Part shown: positions 50,767 to 64,000 of the stretch, one piece after another | How the letters are laid out: each line of letters starts with the position of its first letter | Position numbering within the stretch: position 1 is the stretch's first letter | Assembly: GCA_044892525.1 (NCBI GenBank) | Contig: CM097887.1 | Span: forward strand, 70,742,001 to 70,806,000 | Reading direction: 5' to 3' | Source: Schmidtea polychroa | Taxonomy: Eukaryota | Length of the DNA stretch: 64,000 bases | Program-made: the position numbers and the translations under genes | The notes under the pieces: model-generated | What the model was told of the DNA's origin: nothing | Seen by the model: the letters and a program-made list of their open reading frames with translations, nothing else | The model's database searches: none

Positions 50767-53700
50767 TGTTGGGCTGAGTCGGAAATTTAATCGTTGAAAA
50801 ATAAGAAAGTAGGGAAGTAGAACATTAAGAAAAATAATAATAAAATAAATAAAATCAGAAATAAAATAGAATAAGATATAAGGAAGATAATAATTAAGAC
50901 ATAAGAATTAAAACAAAAAATAAAATTAAGAAAAGATTAAAATAGAACAAGTTGACAAATAAATAAAGAGGAATTCAAGAAATAATAAGGAAATTAAGGA
51001 AATAAATAGAAAAACATATTAAAAATAAAGAAAATAAGGAAAAAACAACCTAAAAACAAGAAAATTATATTAAATTAATAGAAATAAGCGGTACTCAACT
51101 CTGATTGGTCCGCACGAATAAGAATTTGATATATATACAACTACCAAAAACATTAAATTTACTGTTAACCCCGAGCATTTCATAGGTAAGAAAAATGTTT
51201 ACTGTTTTTACTGTTAACCCCGAGCATTTCATAGACATCTACAACTCACGGAGACTTATTTCAAGGATCAGCAATACAAGTAGAGCAACAGTTAATTCGA
51301 AAAACTTCACAGCAATTCGAACTCAGTCACAGCAATCGACATTCGACGAACTATCATCAGACTAATTTGGAACGACTAACGTTAATTTTCCGATTCAGCC
51401 TAATTCCATAGTAAGGGATTTTTATTTATGATATTGTTTTTCGAAGTTAATAGTAAATATGTATATTTAATGAGCAATTAAACTTTTAAATTTAACCAGA
51501 CTCTCTTTTCATTTGATCCTGAATAACGATTTTGATAAAGTAAATAATTTAAATGTTTAAAAGTATTTATTGGTAACAGGTGAACTCTTACATAATTTTT
51601 ATGGATATTTATTTTGAAGTGATAGTTTTATGATTTCTAATATTAACGAGAAACGTGGCGTTGAGATACTCCATGTCATGGTGTGAGGTGCCTTCGGGAG
51701 CTCAGCCGGTGGACATGGAGTATTTCAATCACGCAGCTAGATTGGGCCGAAATGTGAAGGCTTCTTCACGGGTCCAATTGCTGAAGGACTTAAAATCTGT
51801 CAGAGTACCGAAATATAGACCGAAAGGAAACCTTCTGAAATTTTCGAAAATAGGATATGTGCTTCACAGCGACTGAGGGAGTTCTCATATTAACTCTGTA
51901 TTGTCCAGAGTCGTCTTACAAGACATTCATGCCACTTCTGTCTATAAATCCGAACTTACCATGTGGGGGAAAATACCATTAAACATCCATCGCTGGTTTT
52001 CTAACATATCGAGAAGTTGAAATTGCATTCGGTAGATTTTTGAAAAAGTAACTCTAATTTAGGTCATCTCTTTCAGATGCGACATCCAAATCCTAGCATA
52101 TGATGAGGAATTTACAATAAGGGAAAAATAAAACATAAAACCACAATAATACTGTATTCAATCACATATATTAACAAAATCTGGTAATACCCATCGAATA
52201 ATGTTCATGCTGTTGCGTCGAAATATCCACTACTGAAATATGCTTCATAGAGTCTAGTTGGCTGGTTCGTAGAGATCTCCCATCGTTCAAAAACATCCAA
52301 TATTGAGGAAATTACGAGTCGTAGTAAATAAATCCAACATCATAAGCTCAGATGGGAATCGACACGCGATGTAACATTTGCAGTTCGCTCAGTACGGTTG
52401 ATAGTTACAGCTAGAATTTCCATCGAACAGGCACCCATACATACAGACATACTGCTAACATAACTATGAGTAGCGTCATCCGGTCAGAAATATGCATGAG
52501 AAACAGCAGAATCATTCCGAATGCCTCTCACCGCAGGGAATGCCGCCATGTGTCACCCTCTCTAGGATTCTTAGTGTGTGAGTAGTAATCAGTGGTCATA
52601 TTAGATAATGCTGACATGAGATGTGACTTCCAGATGACTGACTCTTAAATTTCACTACTGATAAAGGTCATTCGTACCACTAAAAAGATAAGCCAAAATA
52701 ACCAGTAACCGACTACTAAGATAAGAGACTCTCTAAAGTGCACTCATTAAAGATAATTTTGCTTAAATTAAATATTCTAAATAAAAATCGAAATTGTTGA
52801 AGGGGTATTTTAATTAATAACCGAAAATTCAAACCAAACTTTATAACTAAACCATAGGAAGTTTCACCTAAGTGTTGTAGAGGTTTATCGTAATTCTGAT
52901 TAGATGTTACAAATAATAGTAGTAGCCTTTGAGCCAAATGTAAATTAACTAAAGCATCCACAGGAATTTTTGGGTTATAAAATAGCTAGTAATATTGTAT
53001 TTAAATTTCTCATATTCCATGTAAACTACGTATCGCAATAGAAAACTAAATCCGATAACAAATTATTATGTAATTACAATGTTTTTACGATGCCATATTT
53101 CTACGACGATATCACCGTATGGTATGGATAAGGGGTGATCATAAAATAGTGACGTATAGTTTATACGAAGTTACGAGTTGTTACTTATTCCGCTACTTGA
53201 GGTAAGGGTGCAAGTTTTTACTAGTTGCATTTGGTCCAAAAACCTTATTTTGCATTAGAATAACAACAAATAATCAGCGAAATTTAAACGAAGTGTAGTA
53301 TAGGGTATTTGTAATGAAATAGGTTTATTCACTCCGGCATGAACAAATCCGTAAATTGCCTTTATGTGCGATAGATAGAAATCCAACTCGAACGCGATAG
53401 ACGAAAATTAAAATTTTTACAAATAATTTGCATTCGTCAGGGAAGCAATCAGGGCGTTGAGGAATAATTTTTGTAAAGGATACGTAAAATATTAGTAATC
53501 AAGGGTGAAGGGAGGGATCCTGTTTCATCGACTCGTCTTGTTTTCTTCCAGCACTAAGTATCCAATAGCGAATAAACCGTATATCTGATCCGAAATTTTT
53601 GGATATAGTCATCATAGTTTTCTTCTTTAGCCATCCATATGTTATCAAACCACAAATCAGCTCTACGTCCCTGCTTCTCCTGCTCAGATAAAAATGCAGT

Positions 53701-54925
53701 GATTAAAGATCTTCAAGCCCAGATCGGTCGATATAAACGAAAAATCGACGAACTGGAAGGGACATGGTTTAGTCCCGCTCGGATGAAGGAGATCCAAAAG
53801 AAGCTCGATCGTAGCGAGCATTGCCGGGACGCGCTAATATCTGAGAGCCGTGCCCAAAGAAGTCTAATCAGAGAACAATCCGAGGCACTGCATAAGGTTT
53901 ACGTGCAGGCGGCTACAACCCGAAAAATAGTGCAGATTCCCATCCGAGAGGCCGATGACATCTTTCCGCCTCATCACAACCTTTCCTCGAATCCATCTCC
54001 ACCGTTCAAGAGACCGTGCCAAGACTGCGTCGAAAACGAATTGTCCCCCAAGCGACCAGATGTTGTCGTCACGGGTACCAGTAAGCCCCCCACTGCTAGT
54101 CCATCTGTATCAGTCACCCCTCTGCAAGTGGCATCTTCAAGCAAACCCAAGCGCAAACAACTCTCTCGTGCAGAGCGCAAGAAGAGACAGCGCGAACGCG
54201 CCACTACCAAGCCAAACATCCCATCAATAGAGGACTCAACCAACGGTGGCAACTCTCACGTGTCCATCGACCTAACAACGGGACCCTCAGCACGAATCAT
54301 ATCAGCCGCTGGCGTAACGTGGGAAGAGAACGCTTCCGAGTTTTTTAACCTCGACGAATTATTCGCCGACGCTGAATGGGAGAAACAATAGAACCCCAGT
54401 GGCGGTCAGGACGAAGAACAAGGATCCGATCTATGTTGATTATGATGTTTTCTCTTCTTTCGACAAACATTAGTAAAGTGTACAGCTGAATCCCTGTGTC
54501 ATAACGTTGAAATTAATAAATCTTGTTGTCTTACACGTTTTCGTTCATGAATAATTAGACTTTAATTAAGTGGGTTGAGTAGAGAACCCGCCAGATCTAG
54601 TGAGAAATTCCCAATTTGTATTCAGCGAATCCTGATAAGTGGTTGTGTAAGGAAAAGGACGTAAGCCCTTCTAACGGCAGTCGTGAATGGGAAGTCGAGG
54701 CCTCAGCAAGGAGTAGTTTTAAGGCAGAAGCTCACCTGCTTGCTGGCGTCTCGCCTGCATAGTGCAGTACCAACGTGAAGTGATTCACGGGCACTATGTT
54801 GGAAGAAAGTTATGTGGGGTTTCACTCCAGGTTGACAAATCGGTGGCACCTTTTATTCGAGATGGACAATCAACCCTTAGACCCGTCAACATGGTAGAGT
54901 GGTCAGCCGAGGTGCAACCCCAACA
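50767..54925 (+). repeat. 3' LTR (4,159 bp)
   Basis: Direct repeat of 24382-28540, followed by TSD AAAT and the resumed hAT sequence. Confidence 0.96.
53639..54391 (+). CDS. LTR-encoded 250-aa protein (3' copy)
   Basis: Translation identical to 27254-28006. Confidence 0.75.
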   Translation: MLSNHKSALRPCFSCSDKNAVIKDLQAQIGRYKRKIDELEGTWFSPARMKEIQKKLDRSEHCRDALISESRAQRSLIREQSEALHKVYVQAATTRKIVQIPIREADDIFPPHHNLSSNPSPPFKRPCQDCVENELSPKRPDVVVTGTSKPPTASPSVSVTPLQVASSSKPKRKQLSRAERKKRQRERATTKPNIPSIEDSTNGGNSHVSIDLTTGPSARIISAAGVTWEENASEFFNLDELFADAEWEKQ

Positions 54926-55307
54926 AAATTCAGATATAAATATAATATTCAATGTCTATGATGATGAATATGATCAAAGAAATGAAATATCTCTGACTTT
55001 ACAAGAAAAGTTGGAGAGGGCAATATCAAAATAAATTTGCATCAGATTACCTGAAAGTGGAATAGACCAAAACAAAAATGATCTCACACGCTCAATAAAA
55101 AAAGAAATGTCATTTTTTGAGACAAATGGCTTAAGAGGCAAATACTTAACTTTATTATATAATTATTTGCTAAGTATTCAACCGACCAGAGCTTTTTCGG
55201 CAGCTGGCTTAATCTGCACCAGAATTCGGTCAAGGATGGGAGATAATTCGCTCAACAATCTATGTTTTCTGAGGTCTTATATCAACAACCAACTACAGGA
55301 AAAGTAG
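54926..55307 (+). pseudogene. hAT transposase, right fragment with dimerisation domain
   Basis: IKKEMSFFE...LLSIQPT-RAFSAAGLICTRIRSRMGDNSLNNLCFLRSY, with one in-frame stop at 55032-55034 and a short deletion in the PTS..ER motif. Confidence 0.85.
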
Positions 55308-55572
55308 AACCTTAAATTTTTATGTCTTCTTCCTTTTCTTATAATTAATATATATAACTAACATTTTACTGAATTTTGTTTTTCCATTTTTTATTCTTTA
55401 AATAAATAAATTTAGTTTTTTTTAATTGACAAATTTTTAATTAAATTATTTATTCATTCGTATTATTATAGGAAAAATAATAATACCGGTATTAATACCG
55501 GGATCCCGGGATTACAAATTTTCAATACCGAAATACCGGTATCGGATTTTTGGTCCGGTATTCCCAACCCTA

Positions 55573-55695
55573 CTCCCAGCCCCACATTTTTAATTTTGCT
55601 ATTAATGAATGAAGAACAAGTATCGGTTGGCAGATGTAACCAATTGCGAACCGCGGCTCTAGCCGATTTATCAAATACCCACAATTCCTTGGTAT
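55573..55695 (-). mobile_element. R2/NeSL-like non-LTR retrotransposon fragment, upstream part
   Basis: FDKSARAAVRNWLHLPTDTCSSFINSKIKNVGLG fits the R2 pattern D..IR.AVR.WL.LP.D....F.......GGLG. Confidence 0.7.
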
Positions 55696-56520
55696 CAGTT
55701 TTGGAAATAATCAGCCAAGAGAAATACATCTAATTTAAGAAAAGTTAACATGTAATCCAAAAGATTATTAAAATTATGCCGAGTCCAAATTTGTTGGCGA
55801 GTAGCATAATCATCTGAGGTAATACCTTCCCATATTGGTGGCAATTCAAGGGTAGATTCAAGAATTTCTAAAGAAGTATCAAAATTATAAGGAAAAATAC
55901 CTTTACAATTCATAATAGAACCTTCAAAAGCAGATGATGTCAAAGGAAGATCCGACAGTTTTAACAGCCCTTGCCAAAGAACAATTAACAAATTGCATAA
56001 TATCAATAAAACGAATCATTCAATTCTACAGACCGTATTTTAAGCATTTTTTCAATTGCTCAAAGTTTCAACCTCTATTACCTGTTGGGACATACTATAA
56101 AACAAAGATATGAATTTTTTTAATTTGATGAAATGATTGTCCCACTGTAACTTTTTACATATTGACTGTCTATTATGTTGCTTCTGCTTTGTCACTTTTA
56201 CTTGACTTTTACGAACGATATTTCTGTCGATGTTTAATTTGCTTTTAGAAATTGTGTATAAACAAATATGAGCAATTAGCAAATGAAAAAAGTATCACGA
56301 ATAGAAGGATTTTAAGTGAACTGGATCCCTAGGCAATATTATTAAAGAAATACACACTAACGAATTAAATAATTGAAATTCACTTATCAATTTAATAGGC
56401 AACCAATATCCCATAGTTTGATAGTCATGGTAGTAGCCTCTGAAGCTAGGATAAAAACAACTTTTTTTACTTTCATGCTTAATAATTAAATTACAAGAGA
56501 AATCGGTGAAATTCAAACCA
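55695..56520 (-). pseudogene. Polinton/Maverick-type PolB fragment
   Basis: KGIFPYNFDTSLEILESTLELPP...DDYATRQQIW...NLLDYMLTFLKLDVFLLADYF matches the pPolB pattern KG.FPY...LPP...DY...W...YLK.DV.LLAD.F. The upstream part is degraded. Confidence 0.7.
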
Positions 56521-59500
56521 TTAAAAGCAGCAAGAACTTTTCAAAAAATGTTCTCTATTGCCAAAGAAATTGCTTGCGAGAATTATGTTCAAGAATAAGG
56601 ATTTTGTGGTGAGAATGCTTGACAAAGTTATAAAAGGAATATTATTAGTGCATTATTGTGCCAGATCCGATTCATAATAATTATTATAAGGTGGTAACTT
56701 GCCTTTAGACAATTTAATACCTGTGTTCATTTTATTTACAATAAAAACTTATTGTGTAAAGGAAAAATATAAAGCAAATAAAATGTTACAAAAAGTGAAT
56801 TAAGATTAAAAATGACAAAATCTGCGTGTATTCATAAATTATGTTTCAAAACAATGTCAAAAATGCTGTAAACGTTTTAACAATTTACATTAGTCATTAC
56901 TTAAAAATTAATGCAGAATTAAATTTAATCAATCTGAAGCTTACAAGGCTACAAATGATGCAATGCAGATATCCAAATTCCAGAAGGGCCCGAGCCAACG
57001 ACGACCTTGTAGAGAAAAATTATAAATTAATTTTCAACCGAAACAATTATAATAATGTAAATGAATAGTGCAATTTAGGATTGAGATATTAATACCGATT
57101 TTTCATTTGAGAAAATATAAATTACTAGAACCAGATAAAAATAATTATTAATAAGGAGATATTTTAATAATAATATAAAATTTCTATTTTTAGAATTAAA
57201 ATATTATTAGTTATTTTAAAAATTAATAATTTAGGAAAATAATAATTAATAATTTAGGATAAAAATTAAAATATTATTTAATTATATTTAATACAGATAG
57301 ACAACTGAAAATATTCCAGCAAATTTCAAATGAGATATTTGACAGGATTTCTCGGCAATAAGACTTTTAACATTTGAAGGTATTGAAATTAATACTACTT
57401 TTAGTTCCTCCTCTTTAGGGTAGGTTTAATGATGGCTTTTATGTTTCAATTTTGAAAACGTGTGAAAATGAGTCCTTCGAAAAATTAATTATCTAAATGG
57501 AAACTTTAAAACTTTAGTGACACCTATATATGCTACTAAAACTACTAAAAGTTGTGATTTTTTGTGTCTATCATGGGAATCTGTAGAGGCTTTGTAGAAT
57601 GAAATATTTGTTAAATTAATTTTGTTAAACGTTTAAAAATGTGCAAAATAATCAAAACAAATTGAAGAAAAATCATTTCCATAATTTCATGATTGAAGGT
57701 TACCAAGTTTTAGAACTTCATAGAGAGTAAAGTCTCTCTGCTGATGTTGGGTTTTATTAAATCGGAACTCTGATATTGAGTAAATGAAGAAATTATTAAT
57801 CATTGGCCGAATTTAACATTTTGGGTTCATGTTTACGTTTAAAAATTTTAAAAAGTTAACAATTGAAAAAATATACAAAATATTTAAGGATTATCATGTG
57901 TTCAATATTTTATTTTATCGCATTTAAACAAAATAAATATAATTTATTAAAATTATTGAAACCTTAATATTTTGATTACAATTATCAGTAGACGTTAAAT
58001 TCAGTTTTTAAATTCAAATTAAATAATTTCTTCAAATTGATATTTTTTCTGTTTGATTCTTTTAAAAAATTTTTGGAAATCAATTTCTAAAAGATCTAAG
58101 AACAATCAGTGTTAAAAATAAAATTCCTAAAAATCATAATTAAAAATTTTTTGCAAAATCTGTATATTGAACACATGGAAAGTAATTGATGAATATATAT
58201 TTTAATATTTTGTCATTTGCAGAAATAAAATTAAAAGTATTGTTGAAACTCGAATTGATAAATCTATGTATTGAAGCACACTCGGAGAGAGGCACTTGTT
58301 ATCATGTTTGAGCTGGGAATGAAGTTCGGCTCCAAGACCGGAATAACAGAGCAATTATCCGCGAATGTTAACCAAAAATTGGCCTCTTCCTACCCGCACA
58401 ATCCCCGATCATGAACTTTCTTATCTGACTGATAGACTGAATAGCGAAGAATATCAGACACGGGGTGTATTGCTCCTCTCTCTATTCTGATTATCCGACG
58501 ATGTAGTACATAGAGAGGAATGCGGTAGAAATTTTTTATCTGGCTGCTTCGAATACAGCATTCATGAAATAGGAGCAATTAACATTTTGAAACTTGCCTC
58601 TTTTGGTGGATAATTATCATTGTACAGGATGTCGATGGATGCTCGGGATAATTATCTACTGAGCAATTTTCTCTTCAGCTCTCGGTCCTGACCAACTCTA
58701 TCAGTTGCTGATAGACGACCACGCATTGATATATTTGTGTAAATGAATTTTGTTCTATTTGTACTGAACATATTATCTTTGCTAATTATAATAGAATTAT
58801 TATGATTATTAATAATATTTATTGATTTTGATAGTAAACTTGTTTACATTTCTTAATTGCTGTTATGAGAAATAAAAAGATTACTGGAATATTTGTTGTG
58901 AATTTATTTCAAATAAATAAACATTTTATGATATTGTCAATTTTTAGAACATTTTTTAGAAAAATCAATTCAATAAAAATTTGAATTTATAATAGATCAA
59001 TAAAAAGAAAATAAAATCAATAGAAAAATTAATAATTTTGATAATATATTTAAAATTTTCGATTTTATAAGTTAAAACAAAAGTTTTGTAAAAAATATTA
59101 TAGTTACATTTTGTTTTGAAGTAAATATTTATTTAAAAAAAATATTATTTAAAAAAATCATTCATATTTATTTAGATCTGTCATTGATTTAAGAATTATT
59201 TAATCGATTGTGATTGGTTAAAATTAAAAATTTTCTTCTTAGATTTATTGGCACCATACAAAAAATCTAATAATTATAGTAAATATCTAATTTTTTCCTT
59301 TATTTTTATCTATTAATTATTGACTTGGAACCAAAGGGGATCTATGAATAAATCATGATAAGAGCATTAAATAATTGCTAAAAATGCATTTTTCACAAAG
59401 CATTTATTTAATAAAGGTTCGTTTTTATTAAAATTCGAGTATTAAAAATTTAGTGAACAATCACATATTATAAGTGCCATATTTTAATAAACGGATCTAC

Positions 59501-60961
59501 AACATTAAAATTAGATAATTACATGAAGGATTACAATAGATCAGGGTTGTTCAGTTTTTGAGGGGATCCTGGAACATTATGTGCATCGCCAACCTGCCTC
59601 ACTTTGTTTAAACTGACATAGAAATGTTTTTGTAAGTGTGACATAAATTGTGAATTGAATCTTCCAAATTTTAATGGAAGTTTGGCCATAAAGTGTTAAA
59701 ATTATGCTTTAATCATGAAAGGTCCTGTGGTGAAAAAAAATTGCTTTAGTGTATCCATTACTAAAAAAAGTTTAGAAGAGAATTGTTAATTTTAAAATAA
59801 TTTATTATTTTTTATGTAAATATTGAATAAATGTTTTAATCATTATTTTTTTATAAGAATTAATAAAAGAGGTAGTAGGTATCGGTTGTGGTAAGTGGTC
59901 ACTTGCCATTCAGGAATTGCTTTGCTTCATGAAATCAACTTTCGTTTAATTGGAAATATTCACAAAATACTTTTTAACTGCAAGTTATTTCCTGTTAATT
60001 GGCACGATATATGGTAAGCCCAAACCTCTTTCATAATTAATTAAATTTTGTCATTAATCCCTTAATGAACTCAACCAAGTTAACACTGGCATAAGAAAAT
60101 AAAATTTTCCGAAAATCGAAGTTATGTTTGAAATTTGATTTCACGTATAATTACAACCGAATATATCCACTAGACAGCTTTGGACCAATTTCCTTTCAGT
60201 CGAGAAAAGTTACCGTCGGCATGTAACAGCAAGTTTCGACATGTGCTTTTACAAAATTTTCTTAATGTTTTTCTGTGTATGAATAAAATAACGAATGAAA
60301 AAATTGACGAAAAAACTATTGCCTCCTGATATTTTATTGGTGCGGTAAAAGGATAAATTTTGTAACTTTTATTTATTTGTTAGCATTATATGTTGAATGC
60401 TTATACTAGCATACGTAGATAAGTAATTCTTTATTATTGATATATTTTGTGAAAAATGTTCTTTTTTTCCTTTTTAATAACCCTTTTGTTGGGTCATTGT
60501 TTCGTAATGTGCTAATTTGTGAGGAAATATGCACTCGAATAAATCCTAGGACTAAATTACTGGGCATATTCTGTAAAAAATATAAAAATTTCCACAGCAA
60601 AGAAGTGTAAAGTATGTTATGTAACACTTTTAAGATGTATTAAATTACTTAAAATTTTATTATGTGACATTTAATATATTTGTTATTATAATTCGATAGG
60701 CCTCTCAGAAATCACATTTGTGATATAACTGTAATTATAATTNNNNNNNNNNNNNNNNNNNNNNNNNNNNNNNNNNNNNNNNNNNNNNNNNNNNNNNNNN
60801 NNNNNNNNNNNNNNNNNNNNNNNNNNNNNNNNNNNNNNNNNNNNNNNNNNNNNNNNNNNNNNNNNNNNNNNNNNNNNNNNNNNNNNNNNNNNNNNNNNNN
60901 NNNNNNNNNNNNNNNNNNNNNNNNNNNNNNNNNNNNNNNNNNNNNNNNNNNNNNNNNNNNN

Positions 60962-61088
60962 TTAAGCCTTTTGCTGCAAATAATGTATTTAATGAAAGAA
61001 TTTTCGACTATAAGATAGTCCTTGACAAGGACTATCTTATAGTCGAAAATTCTTTCATTAAATACATTATTTGCAGCAAAAGGCTTAA
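60962..61088. repeat. Perfect palindrome, 63-bp arms with a 1-nt centre
   Basis: TTAAGCCTTTTGCTGC...TAGTCCTTG A CAAGGACTA...GCAGCAAAAGGCTTAA. A related, centrally shortened copy lies near 13700-13790. Confidence 0.85.
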
Positions 61089-64000
61089 ATTATCATTTTA
61101 TTGTTTTAAATAATAAATGCTGCTACCAANNNNNNNNNNNNNNNNNNNNNNNNNNNNNNNNNNNNNNNNNNNNNNNNNNNNNNNNNNNNNNNNNNNNNNN
61201 NNNNNNNNNNNNNNNNNNNNNNNNNNNNNNNNNNNNNNNNNNNNNNNNNNNNNNNNNNNNNNNNNNNNNNNNNNNNNNNNNNNNNNNNNNNNNNNNNNNN
61301 NNNNNNNNNNNCTCGAACATCACTTATACAATATATTTCGACATATTCACTGCCATAATCCGGTAGAAACGAAAAAGCTATAGATTTGAAATTGCTTATT
61401 CGAACTTGCTTTTCAAAATCAAAGACATCAGAAAGTTTTTATAGAATAATGATTGTAGTCTCATTGTAGCAATTGAAATGCTTCTTAAGGTTAATAGAAA
61501 AGTAAAATTGTAAATTAAAAATGTAGATATCAACTTTTTTAAAATTTCTCATTTTTATTTAAAATTTATACATTTTATTTTATTTATAATTAAAATTTTA
61601 TTTAATCAAATTTAAACAAATAAAAATGCCAAAGATTAATATAAAAACGGAAGAGTAAAGAAGAAGTTGTTACACCTATTGCCTACAAGCTTTTATTGAC
61701 CAAAATATTTTCCATATAATATTGTAAAGCAAACTATAAAAAGTACAAAAAGCGAAAAATATGTTAAATTGTTAAACAATGCATGAATTTTTAATGTTTA
61801 CTTTTAAATATTTCTAAGGACAAACCCCAAAATGATCTCTTTAAATTTCAAGTGTCGCATAACATCTCAGTCAAATGAAACCAATGTAGGGGGCGACAAT
61901 TTTCTGTCCCATTGCTGATGAAATCCAAAATTTTACTAATTTTAGCTTTGAAAATCAACATTTTCATTATTTATAGCCCAATAAAAAGACATATATCCCA
62001 AATTCGTTATATACTGCTGACCAATGAAAATATTTTTCTGTTCTGGAAAGTAACATTCCTAAAGCTGTGGTTGTTCTATGAAAAAACAAAAATAAATTTC
62101 ATTAAAATGTTTAAAATTTCAAACAAATGTGGGGGTCACTGAACAGAAAATTGCTTATTATCTACTAAGGTTTTAAAAAATCTTCATTAGAAGTCAATCA
62201 TCCCAGTTCAGTTCCAATAGGGGTAAAAAGTAAACAAAAAAAGTTATAACGCTTTAAATGCACAATTAAATCCTCATCTCAATGCTATGATATAAAATAA
62301 GTATTTATATCCCCCATCCTGGAGCATTTGATTTGGTCGTCAATGAATAAATCACCGAGAATCGTTGGGGGAAAATGAAACGATATTTGCACAATTATAT
62401 TCTAAAACATATCCTAAATGTTGAGAAAACTTAATAAAGTGTTTCAAATATTATAAGAATATTTTTTATATTATTATCAATAATTTATAAATATTTTCGA
62501 TTCCGCAATGGGAACATTAAAAAATTTCAAGAGTCTTCATCAATTAATAACACCGGTTTATTAAGCATGAATTAATTAAAACAAATTATATTACCAATTA
62601 GTGTATCAAGTGGAGAGAAAATGTTCCTTCCATTCAAGAGTCGAGAATCTTTTAGGTAATTAATAGATATGAACCCAATTAGTGATTGTTTTATTCTAGT
62701 CTTGATGATCCGTTATAAGCCAACCTGTCCAATCATTTTACTCTTAAAAATATATATTTTAGAAATTTAGCGTAAATAAATTCCTTTTTCTTTTATAATC
62801 TTTTATATTAAGAAATCTGATCTTTATCCTTCCAATTATTTGAAATTTCTAACTCACAAGTTCCTTCAAATAATCTTTTTTAATTTTTTTTCTTTGCCTT
62901 TAATTTTTTTAAGTTTACAATTACATCGATCTTTATTTAGTTTTAGAATACAGGTCCTATGATTTTCGGCACTACCTTTTTCAAATGTAGAAGTGTTGAA
63001 AACAATGATGTATAGTCGATAAGTAAATGAAGATAAATGTCATGCATCTAGGCTTGACAACTCCACTCTCAAATATTTCAATGATGCCTTAAGGGTTACG
63101 GTAATATTAATATAGAAAACGCTGCAAATATTAAGGACTCATTAAGCTTCTTCTTCGTAGCTGATGGGTAGTGTAAGTCTGCCAGTCTGTCATACATTTG
63201 AATGAAAAAGTATTGGTTCAAAAAAGTTGCATTACGGATGCGGTTAAAAATTCCGTTTAATAATAAAGAATTTCGAAAAGATTTGGTTTGATTTTAATTT
63301 TGCTATGAAAAATATATTAACCCTGCCGATTATCATCACCGAATTGTTATTTAGAAAAGGGTTTCAATACAGCTTAATGTGAGCCTCAAAAGCCCTGAAT
63401 TTAAATGAAATAATTTTTTGAAAAAAAATGAACGTCTTTATTTTGAAAATTTTTGGACTTACGAGTTGAATATTTTTTAATGTATGTTAAATTAAATATT
63501 TTTATAATTTATGCTAATGTTTCACTACTAAGGTGCCACAAGTAAAGGATTTCTGTGAATTCTATAAGATACAGATAGTTTCTGATTAGTATTATGAAGT
63601 CGCATGCCAAACATTGTAATTTTGTTGCGCTTCCTGAGACTACTGCACACAGAGCCGGCTCAGGTCGGGACTTCGAAGATTTTTCCCAAGGTCCCGCGCT
63701 TTCATATTTTTTACAATTATTAGTACCTAGGATTTTATTTTATTTCATGAGTTAAAATGTTTGTCACAAATTATTAAAGAGAATACAACTTCATTAAATT
63801 GCCTAAAATAAATTTACAAAGATAATATAAACGATTTGTATCCCAATACATATATAACAGACAAGCTCAAACTGCGGCTCTTTGACATTTTTTATGGCTC
63901 AATAAATTATTAAGTTATAACTGAAATTTTTTTAATGTAACTGAAATTTTTCCTTATTTCACTTAGCAACTTTTTAAGTACAGTTAAATTGTAAAATTAT

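Larger units (their letters stand above)
24382..54925 (+). mobile_element. Giant Ty3/Gypsy LTR retroelement, 30,544 bp (Burro-like), with envelope and accessory genes
   Basis: Two 4,159 bp direct repeats offset by 26,385 bp, TG...CA ends, TSD AAAT (24378-24381, 54926-54929), PBS and domain order PR-RT-RH-IN. Confidence 0.97.
23484..55572 (+). mobile_element. Internally deleted hAT transposon (about 1.5 kb when empty), split by the giant LTR element
   Basis: TIRs TAGTGTTGGGAAAGCCGG and, as reverse complement, TAGGGTTGGGAATACCGG. Perfect 8-bp TSD CTCCCAGC at 23476-23483 and 55573-55580. Transposase motifs DSRTRWNS and SIQPT..RAFSAAG...LCFLRS. Confidence 0.93.

Noticed and set aside
58230-58740. 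Higher-GC island with short ORFs
   Set aside because: No recognisable motif in the frames I translated; left unassigned.

Overview
Very AT-rich eukaryotic genomic DNA with several assembly gaps. The host is probably a lophotrochozoan, most likely a planarian flatworm; this is inferred from a retinochrome-type opsin, 42-46 nt introns and a >30 kb Gypsy element like the planarian Burro family. The window is dominated by a 30,544 bp Ty3/Gypsy LTR retroelement (24382-54925) with 4,159 bp LTRs that look identical, TGTTGGG...CCCAACA ends, a 4 bp TSD (AAAT) and a tRNA-Pro-type PBS. Its main reading frame is about 4,617 codons, broken by one in-frame TAA. The order is Gag, three ubiquitin-like domains, a Bcl-2-like domain, an internal signal peptide, a chuvirus-like envelope glycoprotein with TM anchor, protease, RT, RNase H, integrase, two ankyrin blocks, and a second signal-peptide/ectodomain/TM unit. 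The envelope gene therefore sits between gag and pol, not after pol. Accessory ORFs are a full intronless TRAF, an IAP-type RING protein, three coiled-coil proteins, an orphan type I membrane protein and a 250-aa ORF inside the LTR. Each has a YAG 1-8 nt before its ATG, and the 3' spacers hold ten UGUAHAUA (Pumilio-type) motifs. The element is nested in a hAT transposon, which is nested in an R2-like fragment. The rest of the window holds a multi-exon retinochrome gene, a decayed relative of the giant element with RACK1 fragments, and hAT, pogo, Tc1/mariner and Polinton-type remnants. All family calls come from manual motif recognition; no database searches were run.
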